Origin: Catajapyx aquilonaris
Taxonomy: Eukaryota
NCBI GenBank assembly: GCA_000934665.2
Contig: JYFJ02000840.1
Span: 62,001 to 108,765, forward strand
Length of the DNA: 46,765 bases
Direction: 5' to 3'
Below are positions 25,385 through 37,257 of this stretch, one piece after another; position 1 is the stretch's first letter; each line of letters starts with the position of its first letter. The translations under genes and the position numbers were made by a program. The notes beneath the pieces are model-generated. The model did no database searches and was not told where the DNA came from. It saw nothing but the letters and a program-made list of their open reading frames with translations.

Positions 25385-26631
25385 CACAATGAACTGGAAT
25401 GGAAGTGAAGTAATTATCACAGCATGATTCCTCTATTAAGGTCAGGTCACCAACAATAGATCAAGACTGTGTTGAGAGGTAGCATGATACTAAATTTTAA
25501 AAATCTTGACCACTTTGTGGGAATGAAAAGTTTCAACTCTACATCAAGTTTATTTACTGCCTAATTTGTGGGAATGAAAATGGGTTTTTACTTTTCCGTG
25601 AGTCACATGAGCATCATGATGATGTACAAAAACCACACTGACTAACCTGCAAAAATTACTCTCTATCGCTATTCATAATACTGCAAAGTGGGCATGGGCA
25701 TCCTATTTAATTTTTAATGCACATAATCCAAAGGTGATAAGAGTTCCTTTAATCAATAAAATATGTCTCTCATCTTGCAGGTTGCCTCAACACGAGTCAG
25801 AAAAATGACGACAGAATAATTTATAACGATGGAAGCAAGACTGTCAGGAATAATAACTTCCTATTGCTTCAACCAAGGGGATTCCCAATTGCTACTCAAG
25901 GTGATGAGAAAATATTTTTTTCTCACTGACAAACCTTGATTTTCTCTCTCCAGTAACACCAGACCCATTTCATTATTGTCCTTTTGGGCTGTATGATTCA
26001 TCATTTGAGTTTCTTGCCCACATCAGTTCTCAAAACTCTTCCATATGCCAATCTGATTTATTTATTCTCTTTTAAATTTGGGATATTAGGGTATCCCATT
26101 TAAAATGTTTCAATATTCCAGATTACTTCTCACCTTGGGCAGCAGTTGCCTTCCCAAAAAGGAAGTAGCAACATACTGCTTCATTTACATGTGGAGAACT
26201 TGAATAACTTGTTACACACAGTAGCAAAATGTTAAATCACCCTCATTCATAATGATGTGTTACAATGCAACATTGTTAGCTTCGTAGGTATTTCAGGTCT
26301 TTTGAAATGCTTGTAAAGTGCTGGGAGTGAGAGGAAGCACTGTGCCACTATGCTCATGACTGAAGGATTGTAAGCCACTGCACTCTTGTTCTTGTGGAGC
26401 CACCCAGCCTGATTTTACCATTGGATTAGGGAAAATTGATTGTACACTTTGAATGACGATTGTTAGACTCAAAATTAAGTGCAACATTACTTTTTTAGGA
26501 GCTCCCTTGAATGTTCCATTGTACTAGTAAGTGCAGCGTAGGTAGTTGTTGTAAAACACAACATGAAGATGACAATACCAAATTTCAAGGTAACGCATTA
26601 AGCCATGTTGGCTACAAAATAAGTAACTCAC

Positions 26632-26845
26632 GCGGCAAGTGTGATGGTGCCATGCAGGTATCACAATGATTCAGGATCCCGTTTGCTTGAGTCTTGTGGT
26701 ATGTGGTTTCTGGAGGTGAAGACATTGATGCAGTTTCACTGCTGCTGCTTCCACTGCATCCTACTCCTGCTCGTGGCACAGATCCAGCTGTGCTTTTGTT
26801 GGGACACACTTCTGCGTTCATTTCCACTGTGTTGCCTGATGACAT
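26632..26845 (-). CDS. PANK: Candidate PanK N-terminal coding exon (Ser-rich)
   Basis: MSSGNTVEMNAE...SHLP then C|GTGAGT phase-1 donor, in frame with acceptor at 23504; upstream acceptor tttgcag gives exon start 26911. Confidence 0.6.
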
Positions 26846-27895
26846 GATGTTTCAATCACTTTCAATGCACCAATTTAAGCCATCAGTTCTTGCCTCTTGA
26901 GCCAAAGGTCCCTGCAAAGTAGCCAACAGGTTCAGGTGAATCTGCCTTATGAAGTAATTAACAGGAAGGTCACATTTGTTATCACCAGCTAAATGATTAG
27001 ACAATACTCTCAAGTTCATCCTGTACATGACAAAATGTTTCACAACATGTGTGTATTAGTAGCGTTTATTATGTACAAGACTTCATGCATACTACACGAA
27101 ATATGGCATTAAAAATTTAGTACAAATTGCTTTTTTAAAAGCTTACTGGATGCCTGTTGATAGTAAAAACTTGTCGCTGAAGAAGTCTTTGACTGTACTT
27201 CAGTACTTCACTCTATCGCAGTATTGCTGCCTTGCACTACAACATTTGGTCTGCCAAAATCTGGTAACCGAGTGCAAGCAAAGGATCACTCCAGCGTTAA
27301 AATATCTGCGCAATAGTCTCTCTCCTTCCTGTACATTTTGAACAGGTTACACAATCCCACCCTCAAATGAATGGCAGGAACAATTCACAACTGTCTACAC
27401 GTCCATTACACAGCAACAACAATATGAATAGTATAAAGCAAAAAAATAATAATCTCCCTGTCACCCTTCTGACGTAATGTTTGCACTTGTTGCAGGTGGT
27501 ACAATCTCATGTGCAAACTCTGCCAATGCAAGGTAGAAAATTTAATGTACCTTGCTGGTGTGCCATACACCTGCTCAATAGTTGTGTGCAGCCTGAGGCT
27601 CCAACCAACTGGTGAATATATAAATAACAGAATATGAGGTCAGGAGGAGGCCTTGCCTACATTTCATAAATGGGATCAGTATGAGTGAGTGGCATATGAG
27701 ACAGGCTGCGCAACTGCGTCTCGCGAGTGACTCATGCGAAGCGTGTGGGTGAGAGGGGACGGCCCCTCGAATTGACCCGGGTTGATCATCGGAGAGACCC
27801 TGTTGTCCGTCAGCTCCCGTCCCACAACCGACGGCATCCCGTCTTCCTGATAATGCGCGTAATGGATTGGGATAAAAAGGGGGCCAAGTTCTTAC

Positions 27896-27992
27896 GTGAT
27901 GATCGTGTGTGCGGTGAGCAGCAGCGGACGAGAGATCGACCGTATCCGGTAGTGGTCACGTGTCGATACGGTACGTGAACGGAGCGGTCCAT
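27896..27992 (-). CDS. PANK: Candidate PanK alternative first exon
   Basis: Lies in a CpG-rich island; MDRSVHVPYRHVTTTGYGRSLVRCCSPHTRSS then C|GTAAGA phase-1 donor, in frame with 23504. Confidence 0.45.
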
Positions 27993-30276
27993 TTCTACGC
28001 TGCTAGGGCCAAAGGGAACGGCTGGGAAGGATAGCGGCTACAAAACAGCGGGTCATCATTATCGCACCCGATGCTCCTATTTCGAGTGGAGGTTATCTCG
28101 GATTAACCTTTTCGTGTGGGAGACATTCGTGCACACACTTTCTGATACAAACAGCTTGCGGAAGGTATCATATAATGGGGAAAACATGCACTGTCGCAAG
28201 ATAACTAATACGTAAAAGAAAGTAGTTAATGATAGTATCACAAATGAACTTGCCGGTTATGAACAAGGAACAGGTGTCGGGGTCGAAGGTCGGGGTCAAC
28301 AATACTGTGTAATTTCAATGTTATGCGAAAAATAGATTAAAAAGAGAACGATGGGCATATGAACCTGCGGCTCCCTGATTAAAGTCTCATGTTTAGCAAT
28401 GTTTTCATGTGATTACAGTGACGACACACGTTTTAATCTCATTCTAATAATTTTGAGCACCTTCTGCACTGTGTTGGCCACTTCGGAACCCTAACTTGTA
28501 GGGGCACTTGTAGGAAGATCTGTCAATGTCAGTTTGGTATAGTGAGCTGCAGAGGCTGCAGATGAGCTAGCTATCTGGATGCTGCCAAATGTTCATCTGC
28601 CACACCACCCACCTGTTGCAAATGAAGGTTGTGTTGCAGTACACACGTAAAAGAAATGAAATGAAATTTACTTCATTTCTAGTTTTTGAATATTTCATTA
28701 TGCTCCATGGACAGTAAGTGACTGCATGTAAGGGAGGTAAGGCCAGGCAGAGAGCTTGGGATGTAAATGAGCAGTGTACTTATTACTATTAGCTCTTGTT
28801 ATTACTTAGAGTTAGTATACAGATGCTCTGATTCCAGGCCAGTGGAATGGACCTGTGCCAGCTGGAAGTTAGTACAGTACATTTCTTGCAGGATACAAGA
28901 GTAACGGGTCTTTTTATACATATCCTAGATATGCTAATTACAAAAGTAGTACTGCTTGTTTAAATTTGCATGGGTAATGTATGACGACCTCGGGGGAAGA
29001 ACGATCAAGGTCCACCGCATGTGAAATTGAGATATTGCAATGTGCCCGTAAGGTTCTATTGTAAATCCCACTTTCGGGGCCTTCCAGAGTGGACTATGAT
29101 CATTACTCCACAACCACGAGCAAACCATAATATTTTACGCTAGTGAAACCATCTTCTGAGATATGTAACTAATTTTTGACAAAAAGTAGACCTTGATTGT
29201 TCTTCCCCCGATGTCTTCATATATTCCTGCTCCATTAAAAACTGATCAGTACTGTAAGTTATTGAAGAATCATTGAATTGGCAGTGGTTAATCTGGTAAA
29301 TGTAATTTGGTTTTAGGTCTGTCAACTATCAATGTATGATGATTTGTAATGACTCAAGATTATAATATTGATATTTATATGATAAACTTCAGAATAATTA
29401 TTCAAATTTAGATTATATCAACTAGGTTCGTGGTATTGTGGCTAACTACCTGTCCGGGTCAATAAAATGTTCACATGTACAGTCTCGACTGACTCTGGGT
29501 TAATCTTGACCAGATAAAGTTGCTCTGGGTCTGTTAGTAATTACTGAGGGGCATTCTTGACTTCAATCAAGAAGATATGGATATATCTCAGCAATTTGAT
29601 GGGCAGTGGGCAAAGTTTGAGTCACAATCTCAAAAAGTATCAAGCTGTACTCTTTGACAGTGAGATTTCATAAAAATTTTATGTAATCATTCACTGTAAT
29701 ACAACGCTGCTGTAATATAAATGCTTAATTGCCCAAACAGCCAGTGCACACTAGTGTATTTTTGCATTAAGCATGTTAAATTCAATTTCCAAGTGACGTA
29801 TTTTTAGTTTTAAAAAAAGGAGGTTGTGAGCAATTCACTGCATCTTACACTGCATTGTGAAGCATTTCTGAGGAAGGATTCCTGCACAGCACCTATCATA
29901 CATACAACTTGCGTTAACTTTCCACGGCTATTGAGTGTTGTGGGCACAGAAGCAGGGTTGCCTCATGCAAAAAAATAAAAATAAAATCATCATACTGTTG
30001 ATAAGGGGAGATATTCCTGCACTTCTCCTGATTTAAATAACATACCTCGTACAGTAGCAACACTCCCTTTCCTCCCTCCCATATTTATGTTAGCACTTGC
30101 AAAGCATGTGCATATGACAGTACTTCCTACTGTTCTTGTATATTGCAACTTATGCTCAATGAAAATACCATTCAAAATTTTAGGAATGGATAATACACGA
30201 CAAAATAACTGCTCCGCAATGATAGTTTATTTTAATTTATTACAAAAAGAAGTGAATCAGCATTTCCAAAATTGGT

Positions 30277-30468
30277 TCAATCAGGAAGTGTCTCTGCAAT
30301 AATCTTGGCTACTTTCCTAAACTCTCGGTTGAAAGTCTTTGGGCACTGCATCTCTGTCCAGCTGATGGGCACCATGGGCATACTTGATTCCTCGCTTATG
30401 GCAATGGCCACACCCAACTCACTCTCGGCTGTTGAGAGATAGAATGAGTGAGCATCACCCAATGCCAT
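30277..30468 (-). CDS. EXOSC1: Exosome component CSL4, last exon
   Basis: MALGDAHSFYLSTAESELGVAIA...MVPISWTEMQCPKT...EFRKVAK; AATAAA about 40-50 nt downstream of the stop. Confidence 0.93.
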   Translation of the reverse strand: MALGDAHSFYLSTAESELGVAIAISEESSMPMVPISWTEMQCPKTFNREFRKVAKIIAETLPD

Positions 30469-30715
30469 CTGTGCTCCATTGGTTAAGGAAAGAGGTGCAT
30501 TTTATTACACTGTTTACAAAGGTAAATTAAATTAAATCTGCTTATCTATTAGACGTACTTCCTCTCACTTAAAAAATCTAAAAATTGGTTGGCAAGAAAG
30601 TGTGTCATTTAAAAAAATTATCCCCTAGGTCAACAATGGCCTGGTCTGTAACAGAGTGTCCACCACCACTGCCATGGTCATCTTCATTAGCATTATCTTG
30701 AACAAGAAAGGATAC
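30469..30715 (-). other. U12-type (minor spliceosome) GT-AG intron in EXOSC1
   Basis: 5' splice site GTATCCTTTC; branch site TTCCTTAAC at 30490-30482, about 13 nt before the 3' end; no polypyrimidine tract; frame preserved on splicing. Confidence 0.92.
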
Positions 30716-30964
30716 AACTCGGGCCAAAACGATGTCCCCAGGCCGGAAGCACTTGTGCATTTCAACCCGGTCCTTCTCAGTGGCCCTGACATCTACCTTC
30801 CTGATGACGCCACGAAATAATCCAGACAGGACAGTGTCTCCAATGCAGAGGATGAGACACCGGCAGAAGCGGGATGACACTCGTGACACCCTGACAGTCA
30901 CGATGTCTCCTGGGGATGGTGACACTGTCTGCTCAACTCCATTGCGCACCTCAATTAGGTTTGT
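30716..30964 (-). CDS. EXOSC1: Exosome component CSL4 exon 2 (S1 domain)
   Basis: PSPGDIVTVRV...FRGVIRKVDVRATEKDRVEMHKCFRPGDIVLARV. Confidence 0.93.
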
Positions 30965-31027
30965 CTGTTGGAACAAGTTGCAAAGAAGTGACAACAATAT
31001 ATTATCTGTCGTGGGTTGCCAACCTAC

Positions 31028-31192
31028 CTTATCGCTCTGCTTCACAACCTGCACGAACCCTGCAAGGGAGGAGTAAACGTAGCCGTGCCTCTCGTAGGTC
31101 CCGCTCCCTGCCACCGTCTGCTCGTCCGATTGGCACAGGCGGACACCAGGCAGGCACACCACGTCCCGGTTCAGGCATTCCGATGGATCCAT
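31028..31192 (-). CDS. EXOSC1: Exosome component CSL4 exon 1
   Basis: MDPSEC...VCLPGVRLC...GSGTYERHGYVYSSLAGFV; AAG|GTAGGT donor. Confidence 0.88.
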
Positions 31193-31507
31193 GGTCAACC
31201 TCGACTCTTTCAGCCGCTCCACTCCGAATCACGCGTCCGTTTCTCTCTTCATGGGCGCAGCCACATTGGAATCCCCTGTCGCCATCTTTGAAGCAGTCAC
31301 GCTGCTGCTTAGAGCAATTAGCCCGCCATCTTTGATGAAGTCAATCCGCCAGGAGGCACCCCTTTGAGCCGTTACATTTGAATTGCAATTGCACCGGAAC
31401 CGCTCGACAAATGGTCTTGTCTCGACCTTGCTCTTGTTGCTTCAGTTATGCTGTCCGTCAGTGGTCCTCACCCACTACCGCTGCGGAGTCAGGCCCACAG
31501 AGTCGCC
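31193..31507. promoter_or_regulatory. Putative bidirectional promoter region between EXOSC1 and the Sry-alpha-like gene
   Basis: About 315 bp between divergent start codons; CpG-rich; two CGCCATCTTTG (YY1/Pho-like) motifs at ~31280 and ~31324. Confidence 0.6.
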
Positions 31508-31744
31508 ATGGATAGGCTCCTGAGGATGTCTTGGCCCGACACCTTCTCGCCATCCCCGTCGACGTCATCGTCGTCTTGGTCGTCAGGTGTGGTGGTCCAT
31601 CACCCTCCGCGGGCAGTGTCCGACCTGATACGAACCCTGTCCGAGTGGGTGCTCGGCTGGGCAGCGGAGCAGAACGGGGCAGACATGAAGAGGGGAGAAA
31701 AGCTGGCCAGGGAAATCAGCTCCATTGCCCGCTCTTTCAACTAC
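31508..31744 (+). CDS. Serendipity-alpha-like exon 1
   Basis: GCCATGG start context (alternative in-frame ATG at 31448); ends TAC|GTGAGT; phase-consistent chain to the downstream Sry-alpha-like exons. Confidence 0.6.
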
Positions 31745-31810
31745 GTGAGTATCTGACACGACACTACAACGTTGTTTGTCTGCTGTACCTTCACGTTGCC
31801 ATTGTTTCAG

Positions 31811-31954
31811 AATCAGCTTGTAGGAGCTCTGAGAGGAGTTTTTAACCTCGTGGAGGAGACCAGGACAGGCAAGGTGGTTTCTAGGTTTCAAGAGGTGGAG
31901 AACATTTTACTCACTGCATGGGATACGGGAAGGAGCAAGAAGGAATTCCTCAAG
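31811..31954 (+). CDS. Serendipity-alpha-like exon 2
   Basis: tttcag|NQLVGALRGVF...KEFLK|gtaagg, phase 0/0. Confidence 0.65.
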
Positions 31955-32444
31955 GTAAGGATTAATATTCCCAAGATCTCGGGTGACAGGGACACGAAAT
32001 AGACCTTAGGTTCACATTTGCCTCCGCTCTGCCAATATGTCAGTGGTTAGGACCAATATTCAGCATTGAGGTTTTGCTTTCGTGTGAAGAAAATGGCCAA
32101 GGTGGTCTACAACTTGATAAGATCTTGAATACCTTGTTGCCCAAGGAATTTACTTGCTTAGAGACTCAGGCACGTGATTTTGAATTTTTAAATTGGTAAC
32201 ATTGCACCTGTCAATACCAATGAAACTATGCTGTCCATGCAACTTTTTTGGTAATGTGCAATAGATCAAAATTTAATTGGTAGACCTCCTACCTACCCCC
32301 ATATACTGTAGGTTGTTTCCTGATGATCACTTATCAAGGTGAAATTGTATTCTGCTTCCAGTTTTTGCATAGGCACACAATTTTACATCTAACAACCTGG
32401 TGTTGTCTAGGAACTGTACACAAGTTATTGCAAACCAGTGATAA

Positions 32445-32642
32445 TACAGGGTGATCCGACTCTATGGCACCAACAGTTATTGGAGAAATCGCGCAAGCTG
32501 CTTGTTTATAAGCAGGTCGTTGCTAAGAGATACTTTCTAGAGTATCAGGAATAGCACCCCTTAGCAACGACCTGCTTATAAACAAGCAGCTTGCGCGATT
32601 TTTCCAATAACTGTTGGTGCCATAGAGTTGGATCACCCTGTA
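32445..32642. mobile_element. Palindromic Tc1/mariner MITE
   Basis: TA-CAGGGTGATCC...GGATCACCCTG-TA with ~80-bp near-perfect arms. Confidence 0.85.
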
Positions 32643-32707
32643 TTATGATGATAGTGATTACGATAAGAATCAATGCATATTACTATACATCCCTACTGTA
32701 CTTGCAG

Positions 32708-32878
32708 GAATTGTCCATCCCACTAACTTCACTGTTGAACCTGATGAAGCTACACTTGACAATGCTAGAGAACCACACAGTTTGCAATGATATCTGGGCT
32801 AGACTGGATCAAACAAGGAAGTGTTTGCCTCTTCTTTGCTCTGTGTTGAAGCATGTTCTGCCCCTCCCACAAACCAAG
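32708..32878 (+). CDS. Serendipity-alpha-like exon 3
   Basis: ttgcag|ELSIPLTSLL...RKCLPLLCSVLKHV...TK|gtgaga. Confidence 0.68.
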
Positions 32879-32944
32879 GTGAGAACATGAAAATCCATGT
32901 AGGTTATGCTTTTAGCATTACATCCTTTTCTTGTGCTTTGGCAG

Positions 32945-33211
32945 AAATACATCTTGGACAGGATGGACCTGAACATGCGCTTGGCAGTGTGTGGGGTCAA
33001 GGGTGAAGTTTCTTCAGAGGATGAGGATCAGTCAGGCAGATTTGTCCGCCTGGTTGACCAAGCCTTAGATTCTGTGTCAGGTGATGTGTCACTAGAGGTT
33101 TCCTGTGGTGAGCTTCAATCTGTTGTGGATGAAATTCTCTGTCAGGCCATGTCTGTTGCTCAGGTTGCAGCGCAGAAGGACATGGCACTCTTGGGGCAAA
33201 CTTGTCAGAAG
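32945..33211 (+). CDS. Serendipity-alpha-like exon 4
   Basis: GRFVRLVDQALD...VDEILCQAMSVAQVA...CQK|gtattg, resembling Sry-alpha family helices. Confidence 0.75.
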
Positions 33212-33517
33212 GTATTGTTTCAATGCAGAACATGCACATTTGTATGACTTGATCTGTGCTGCTAACAAGCACTAACAAGTGAGGGATACTAAAGTTGTGC
33301 TTTTAGTGGAAGAAACATAGTGTTCAGTGCATCATTATAAAGGATTAAAGGTTGTGTTTCATAATTCACCAAACAAATTGCTAGGGAGAACTCCTGGGCC
33401 AGTGGATTACTTGATACAGTGTGAAGGGATTCTCGTGCATAAATGCCAGGTAGACTGATAGTACTTGCAAAACTAATACGGGGATGTGCAAGTAGATTTG
33501 GGCGCCGTTGCATAGTT

Positions 33518-33697
33518 AAAGGGGCCTTTATATGTGAGTGATTTGATCGCGCTATGTCATCGCCGAGCGACCCTAGTAACCAGTATTGTTTGAGGCGAAA
33601 ATCGATTGTTACTTTCACCTCATACAATATTGGTTACTCAGCGATGTTATCGCTAAGACTTCGCTCGTCAAATCTCTCACCTGTAAACCCACCTTAA
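33518..33697. mobile_element. Degenerate palindromic MITE (PIF/Harbinger-like)
   Basis: TAA flanks, GG...CC termini, imperfect inverted arms around 33600. Confidence 0.5.
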
Positions 33698-33925
33698 TGT
33701 GTATGGAGGCTTTAAAGTTTCGTGACGTCACATCCGTTCCACCAGTTTCAAAGAAGCAAAAGTCAGCTCGAGGGCCTCTGAATAATCTGGACTTGGTCCC
33801 CTAATCCCTAATGCATTGTCCAAGTGCAACAGGTGATCAAATCCCGTCAGAGTAAGAATCCGGGTATGACCCTGTGCACTTTGTCGTTTTTTTAACCTCA
33901 TATGCTACCATCTGACACTCTACAC

Positions 33926-34175
33926 CAGTGCTTCCAAAATTGTGGGTCTGGGGTCGCGAAAATAATATTTGGGGTCGCGAGGGTGGGTAACAAATTATTT
34001 TCACAAAATGATGCTATCTTTCTTGAAAATCATGACCATAAAGTAAGGTCATTTCACTGTTTACCTGTCTTTTCATGTTGGCGGATCGAAATGTGCACAT
34101 ATTGTATAGAGGGGTCGCAAATTTTGCGAGACGATTTTTTGGGGGATTGCCAACGAAAGAAATTGGGAAGCACTG
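33926..34175. mobile_element. hAT-type MITE
   Basis: TIR CAGTGCTTCC...GGAAGCACTG with perfect 8-bp TSD CTCTACAC; internal GGGGTCGC repeats. Confidence 0.85.
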
Positions 34176-34794
34176 CTCTACACTTTAAATGTGCCGAATG
34201 CATTAAGCGGCACCCAAAACTAATTGCCCATCCCTACACTAGTTTTGCGAGTACTATCAGTATACAGTCTGGTGATTATGCGCGAGTTTCCCTCTACCAG
34301 ATATATACATGTTCTGTAGATGTCGTCATGTCACAGTTTTTTAGACATTTTCTCATCAAAAAAAAGTTGTAGAACAGGGCTATTCAACTGGCGGACCGTG
34401 GTCAGGATCAGGACCGCGACGATATACAGGACAATTTGAAATATCATTAGAAATTCCTAATTCATGATTTTTTGGAAAAAGTGCTACCAATTTCATCAAA
34501 TATACACCCATTCAAATCTCCCACATTAACCTAAGCTCGTGTGACCTTGACACCCCCCCCAAAAAAAAAAAAAAAAAAATAACACACACACACACAAAAA
34601 AAACCACCTGCGGCGGTCTTGCTTCCTGCACTTTTAATACGGCTTGTTCACATTGTGCTTATGAAATGGTCCCCCCACCAAAATATTTTCTGCTTACATA
34701 CCTGTACAGGACATCACAAAGTGCGAAAATGTTGTGATAGGCCCTCTTCTACCCTTGCTGCATATGTTTCTGTTTTCAAAAATGAACCCTGTGG

Positions 34795-34959
34795 TACAGT
34801 ATTGGTCATATATTGAGGCAACTGCCAGCAACATTTTCCGAAGCGGCAGAAGAAGGAATCTTGCTCGCCCGGCTTGTAAGTATGCTTATCTTCAATTCCT
34901 TCTTCTGCCACTTCAGAAAATGTCGCTGGCAGTTGCCACGATATATGACCAATACTGTA
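34795..34959. mobile_element. Palindromic MITE, same family as 631-796
   Basis: Shared core ACTGCCAGCAACATTTTCCGAAGCGGCAGAAGAAGGAATC; TA flanks. Confidence 0.8.
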
Positions 34960-35296
34960 CCATATAAAATCCATACCTTTACTGGGGGGANGGGGGGGGG
35001 GACATTCAATGGTCCAGGAAAGGTAAATACTGGACCTTGTCATAAACTAGTTGAATAGCCATGTTGTAGAACAACAATCGCAAGAGATAGCAACAAATGG
35101 TTTACGGGTTCAAATTTGGCAGACCCTAAATAGATTTCACGGTCAACTTCTGGTGTTCAGCAGCTTCTGGTTTTCTGGGTTCACTCTATCCGCCAAAGTC
35201 AAGTCAACACCATTTAGAAATTGCATTAGTTTCCTTGGGTTACTTGGCAATGGGAAATGAGACTGGCAACATTGCATGTCATTGTTGTCCAGTTAG

Positions 35297-35561
35297 AATT
35301 GAGGAGCGACAAAGCAAAACCCGCAAGATCCATCACAAACTTTTTTATGGATCTTGCTGGTTTTTCTTGCACTATGCTGCTGGATCTTACGGTATTTGCT
35401 TGAATCGACAGTTTTTGGGCTCATATACTATGGAACTAACACATTTTGCCCGACCAGCTTTTAACACTGCATCACAACCTATGTGATGGACAATATGCCA
35501 TGCCTAACTCGTTTCCCGCCAACATTGGATCTTGCGGGTTTTGCTTTGCCGCTCCTCAATT
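35297..35561. mobile_element. MITE with ~36-bp terminal inverted repeats
   Basis: AATTGAGGAGCGACAAAGCAAAACCCGCAAGATCCA ... TGGATCTTGCGGGTTTTGCTTTGCCGCTCCTCAATT. Confidence 0.75.
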
Positions 35562-35952
35562 ATTGTATCCATCACAAAAAGAATTTCAACAAAGTTTTTG
35601 ACCTCATTTCCCACTACCCAATGAGAATAAGTCTACTCAAATCACCCTCACGTGATTTGCCAATCTTGTTTTCTGATACTCCCAGTTTGTGGTAAGATGC
35701 AAACTTGCCAAGACATGTTATGCTACATGATACATTTCCATTTTCTTGGTAACTAGGCTATATCTATGAGACCTCTAAAGTGATCACTTGTGCTCTGGAG
35801 TTTACCCTTAGAAGCTTGGATGAGTCAGATACCTTAATTCTCTCTGACATGTTCTCCGCCCTATATATCTGCACAGGTCAAGTACAGTGTGCATGTAGTG
35901 TCTGCAATTGGATAATCAGTGAGTGTGTAACAAATGCATTTTTTACATTTAG

Positions 35953-36096
35953 GTGCTCAAGAGCTTCCAGGAACTACGATCTGTGACATGTGAAAGTGAA
36001 AACACTTCCAAGTCCAACTGCAAAGAAGAGTTGGCACTGTCTCTGGAGGCATTGGAACAAAGGGTTGGCACTGCATTGTTGCACCTAATCTTGCAG
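35953..36096 (+). CDS. Serendipity-alpha-like exon 5
   Basis: tttag|VLKSFQEL...LEALEQRVGTALLHLILQ|gt, phase 0/0; not in the ORF track. Confidence 0.72.
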
Positions 36097-36268
36097 GTGT
36101 GATATTTACACTGTGACTTTATTATTGTTAGAAGGGGGAAGAACAAGAGAAAAGGTCAGCATTTTTGAGGGGGTTGTGTGCAGTTGATATTTGGGCAAAA
36201 ATGTGACATGAAAGATAGAAGATTAGTGGGACTCTTAATGTGGGCATACCTAAGGGAGGGTGTACACT

Positions 36269-36436
36269 GTACAGTCAGCTAAAGGATTACCTTTCCACAT
36301 CAGCTGAGAAATTAGGCTCTAACAGAGGGGCTACCTAGGGGAGTGCAAGTCATTGCATCAGGGGGAGACGGCACCTAGCTGTTGGAAGCTAATTTCTCAG
36401 CCTTCTGTGGAAAGGTAATCCTTTAGCCGATGGTAC
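36269..36436. repeat. Palindromic MITE-like element
   Basis: GCTAAAGGATTACCTTTCCACA / TGTGGAAAGGTAATCCTTTAGC inverted arms. Confidence 0.7.
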
Positions 36437-36727
36437 ATGAGGCGGATAGCCTTAGGATAAGGGTGCAACTTGATCGCTGGATATGCCATTGAAGGGCGAG
36501 TCACAGAACCAGAATTCCACATGAAACTTGTCATGACCAGCTTTTTTGCTTCATGGAGCAATACTTCTGGCCAGAGTTTATTTGATGATGGCACCACCTC
36601 ATGTAAAGTCCTTCTAATGGACTGACCCTAATTCCCCTAGGAATACATAGGCAAATATGATTGAAGTAAGACAACCTAGGATTCTGCTTTTAGATCCTTC
36701 TCACTGGCTTATTTGCATTTCTTGCAG

Positions 36728-36902
36728 ACATTTAGTGACCCTGTGTCATTACTAACAACTCTTGTGGAGAAATCACGCAACTTAACTGAGTCCAGACGTC
36801 AAAAGGAAGATATGGATCCCATGGTGGTTGAACTTGACCTACATACAGATAGCATCTTTCAAGTTGGCAATTTTGCCATATCATGCTCCACCAACAGGCA
36901 GA
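36728..36902 (+). CDS. Serendipity-alpha-like exon 6
   Basis: TFSDPV...ELDLHTDSIFQVGNFAISCS; A|GTAAGT phase-1 donor. Confidence 0.8.
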
Positions 36903-36967
36903 GTAAGTATTGCCATGATGTTGCATGGCTCCTGATATAGGTAACAATGCAATTGTCTTCTTAATAG

Positions 36968-37170
36968 GAATATGTAACATCAGAAGTTGTCTACTAAGTC
37001 TGGATTCTCTGGAAGGTGAATTGGTTCCATCCATTTTGGCCAGTTACTTGAATCCAAATGACGACAATGCAGCTACGCATGCTGAAATGCTGAGACAACA
37101 TTGGGTGCAGGAAGTTATGGCTTTGCGTGATGTTCTCAGCACTATTGTTGACCCACTTGCTTTCTGGAAG
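36968..37170 (+). CDS. Serendipity-alpha-like exon 7
   Basis: IRSCLLSLDSLEGELVP...LRQHWVQEV...IVDPLAF, resembling the Sry-alpha RSCLASLESL motif as I recall it. Confidence 0.82.
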
Positions 37171-37257
37171 GTCAGTCAATTAAGTGTTTTCTGACATTAT
37201 ATTAGCACCTTTGTGGTAAAAATATATTTCTAAGCATTTTTTCATTCGTGTTTATAG

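Noticed and set aside
32320..32350. CTGATGA...GAAA hammerhead-like core
   Set aside because: Stems I and III cannot be formed.
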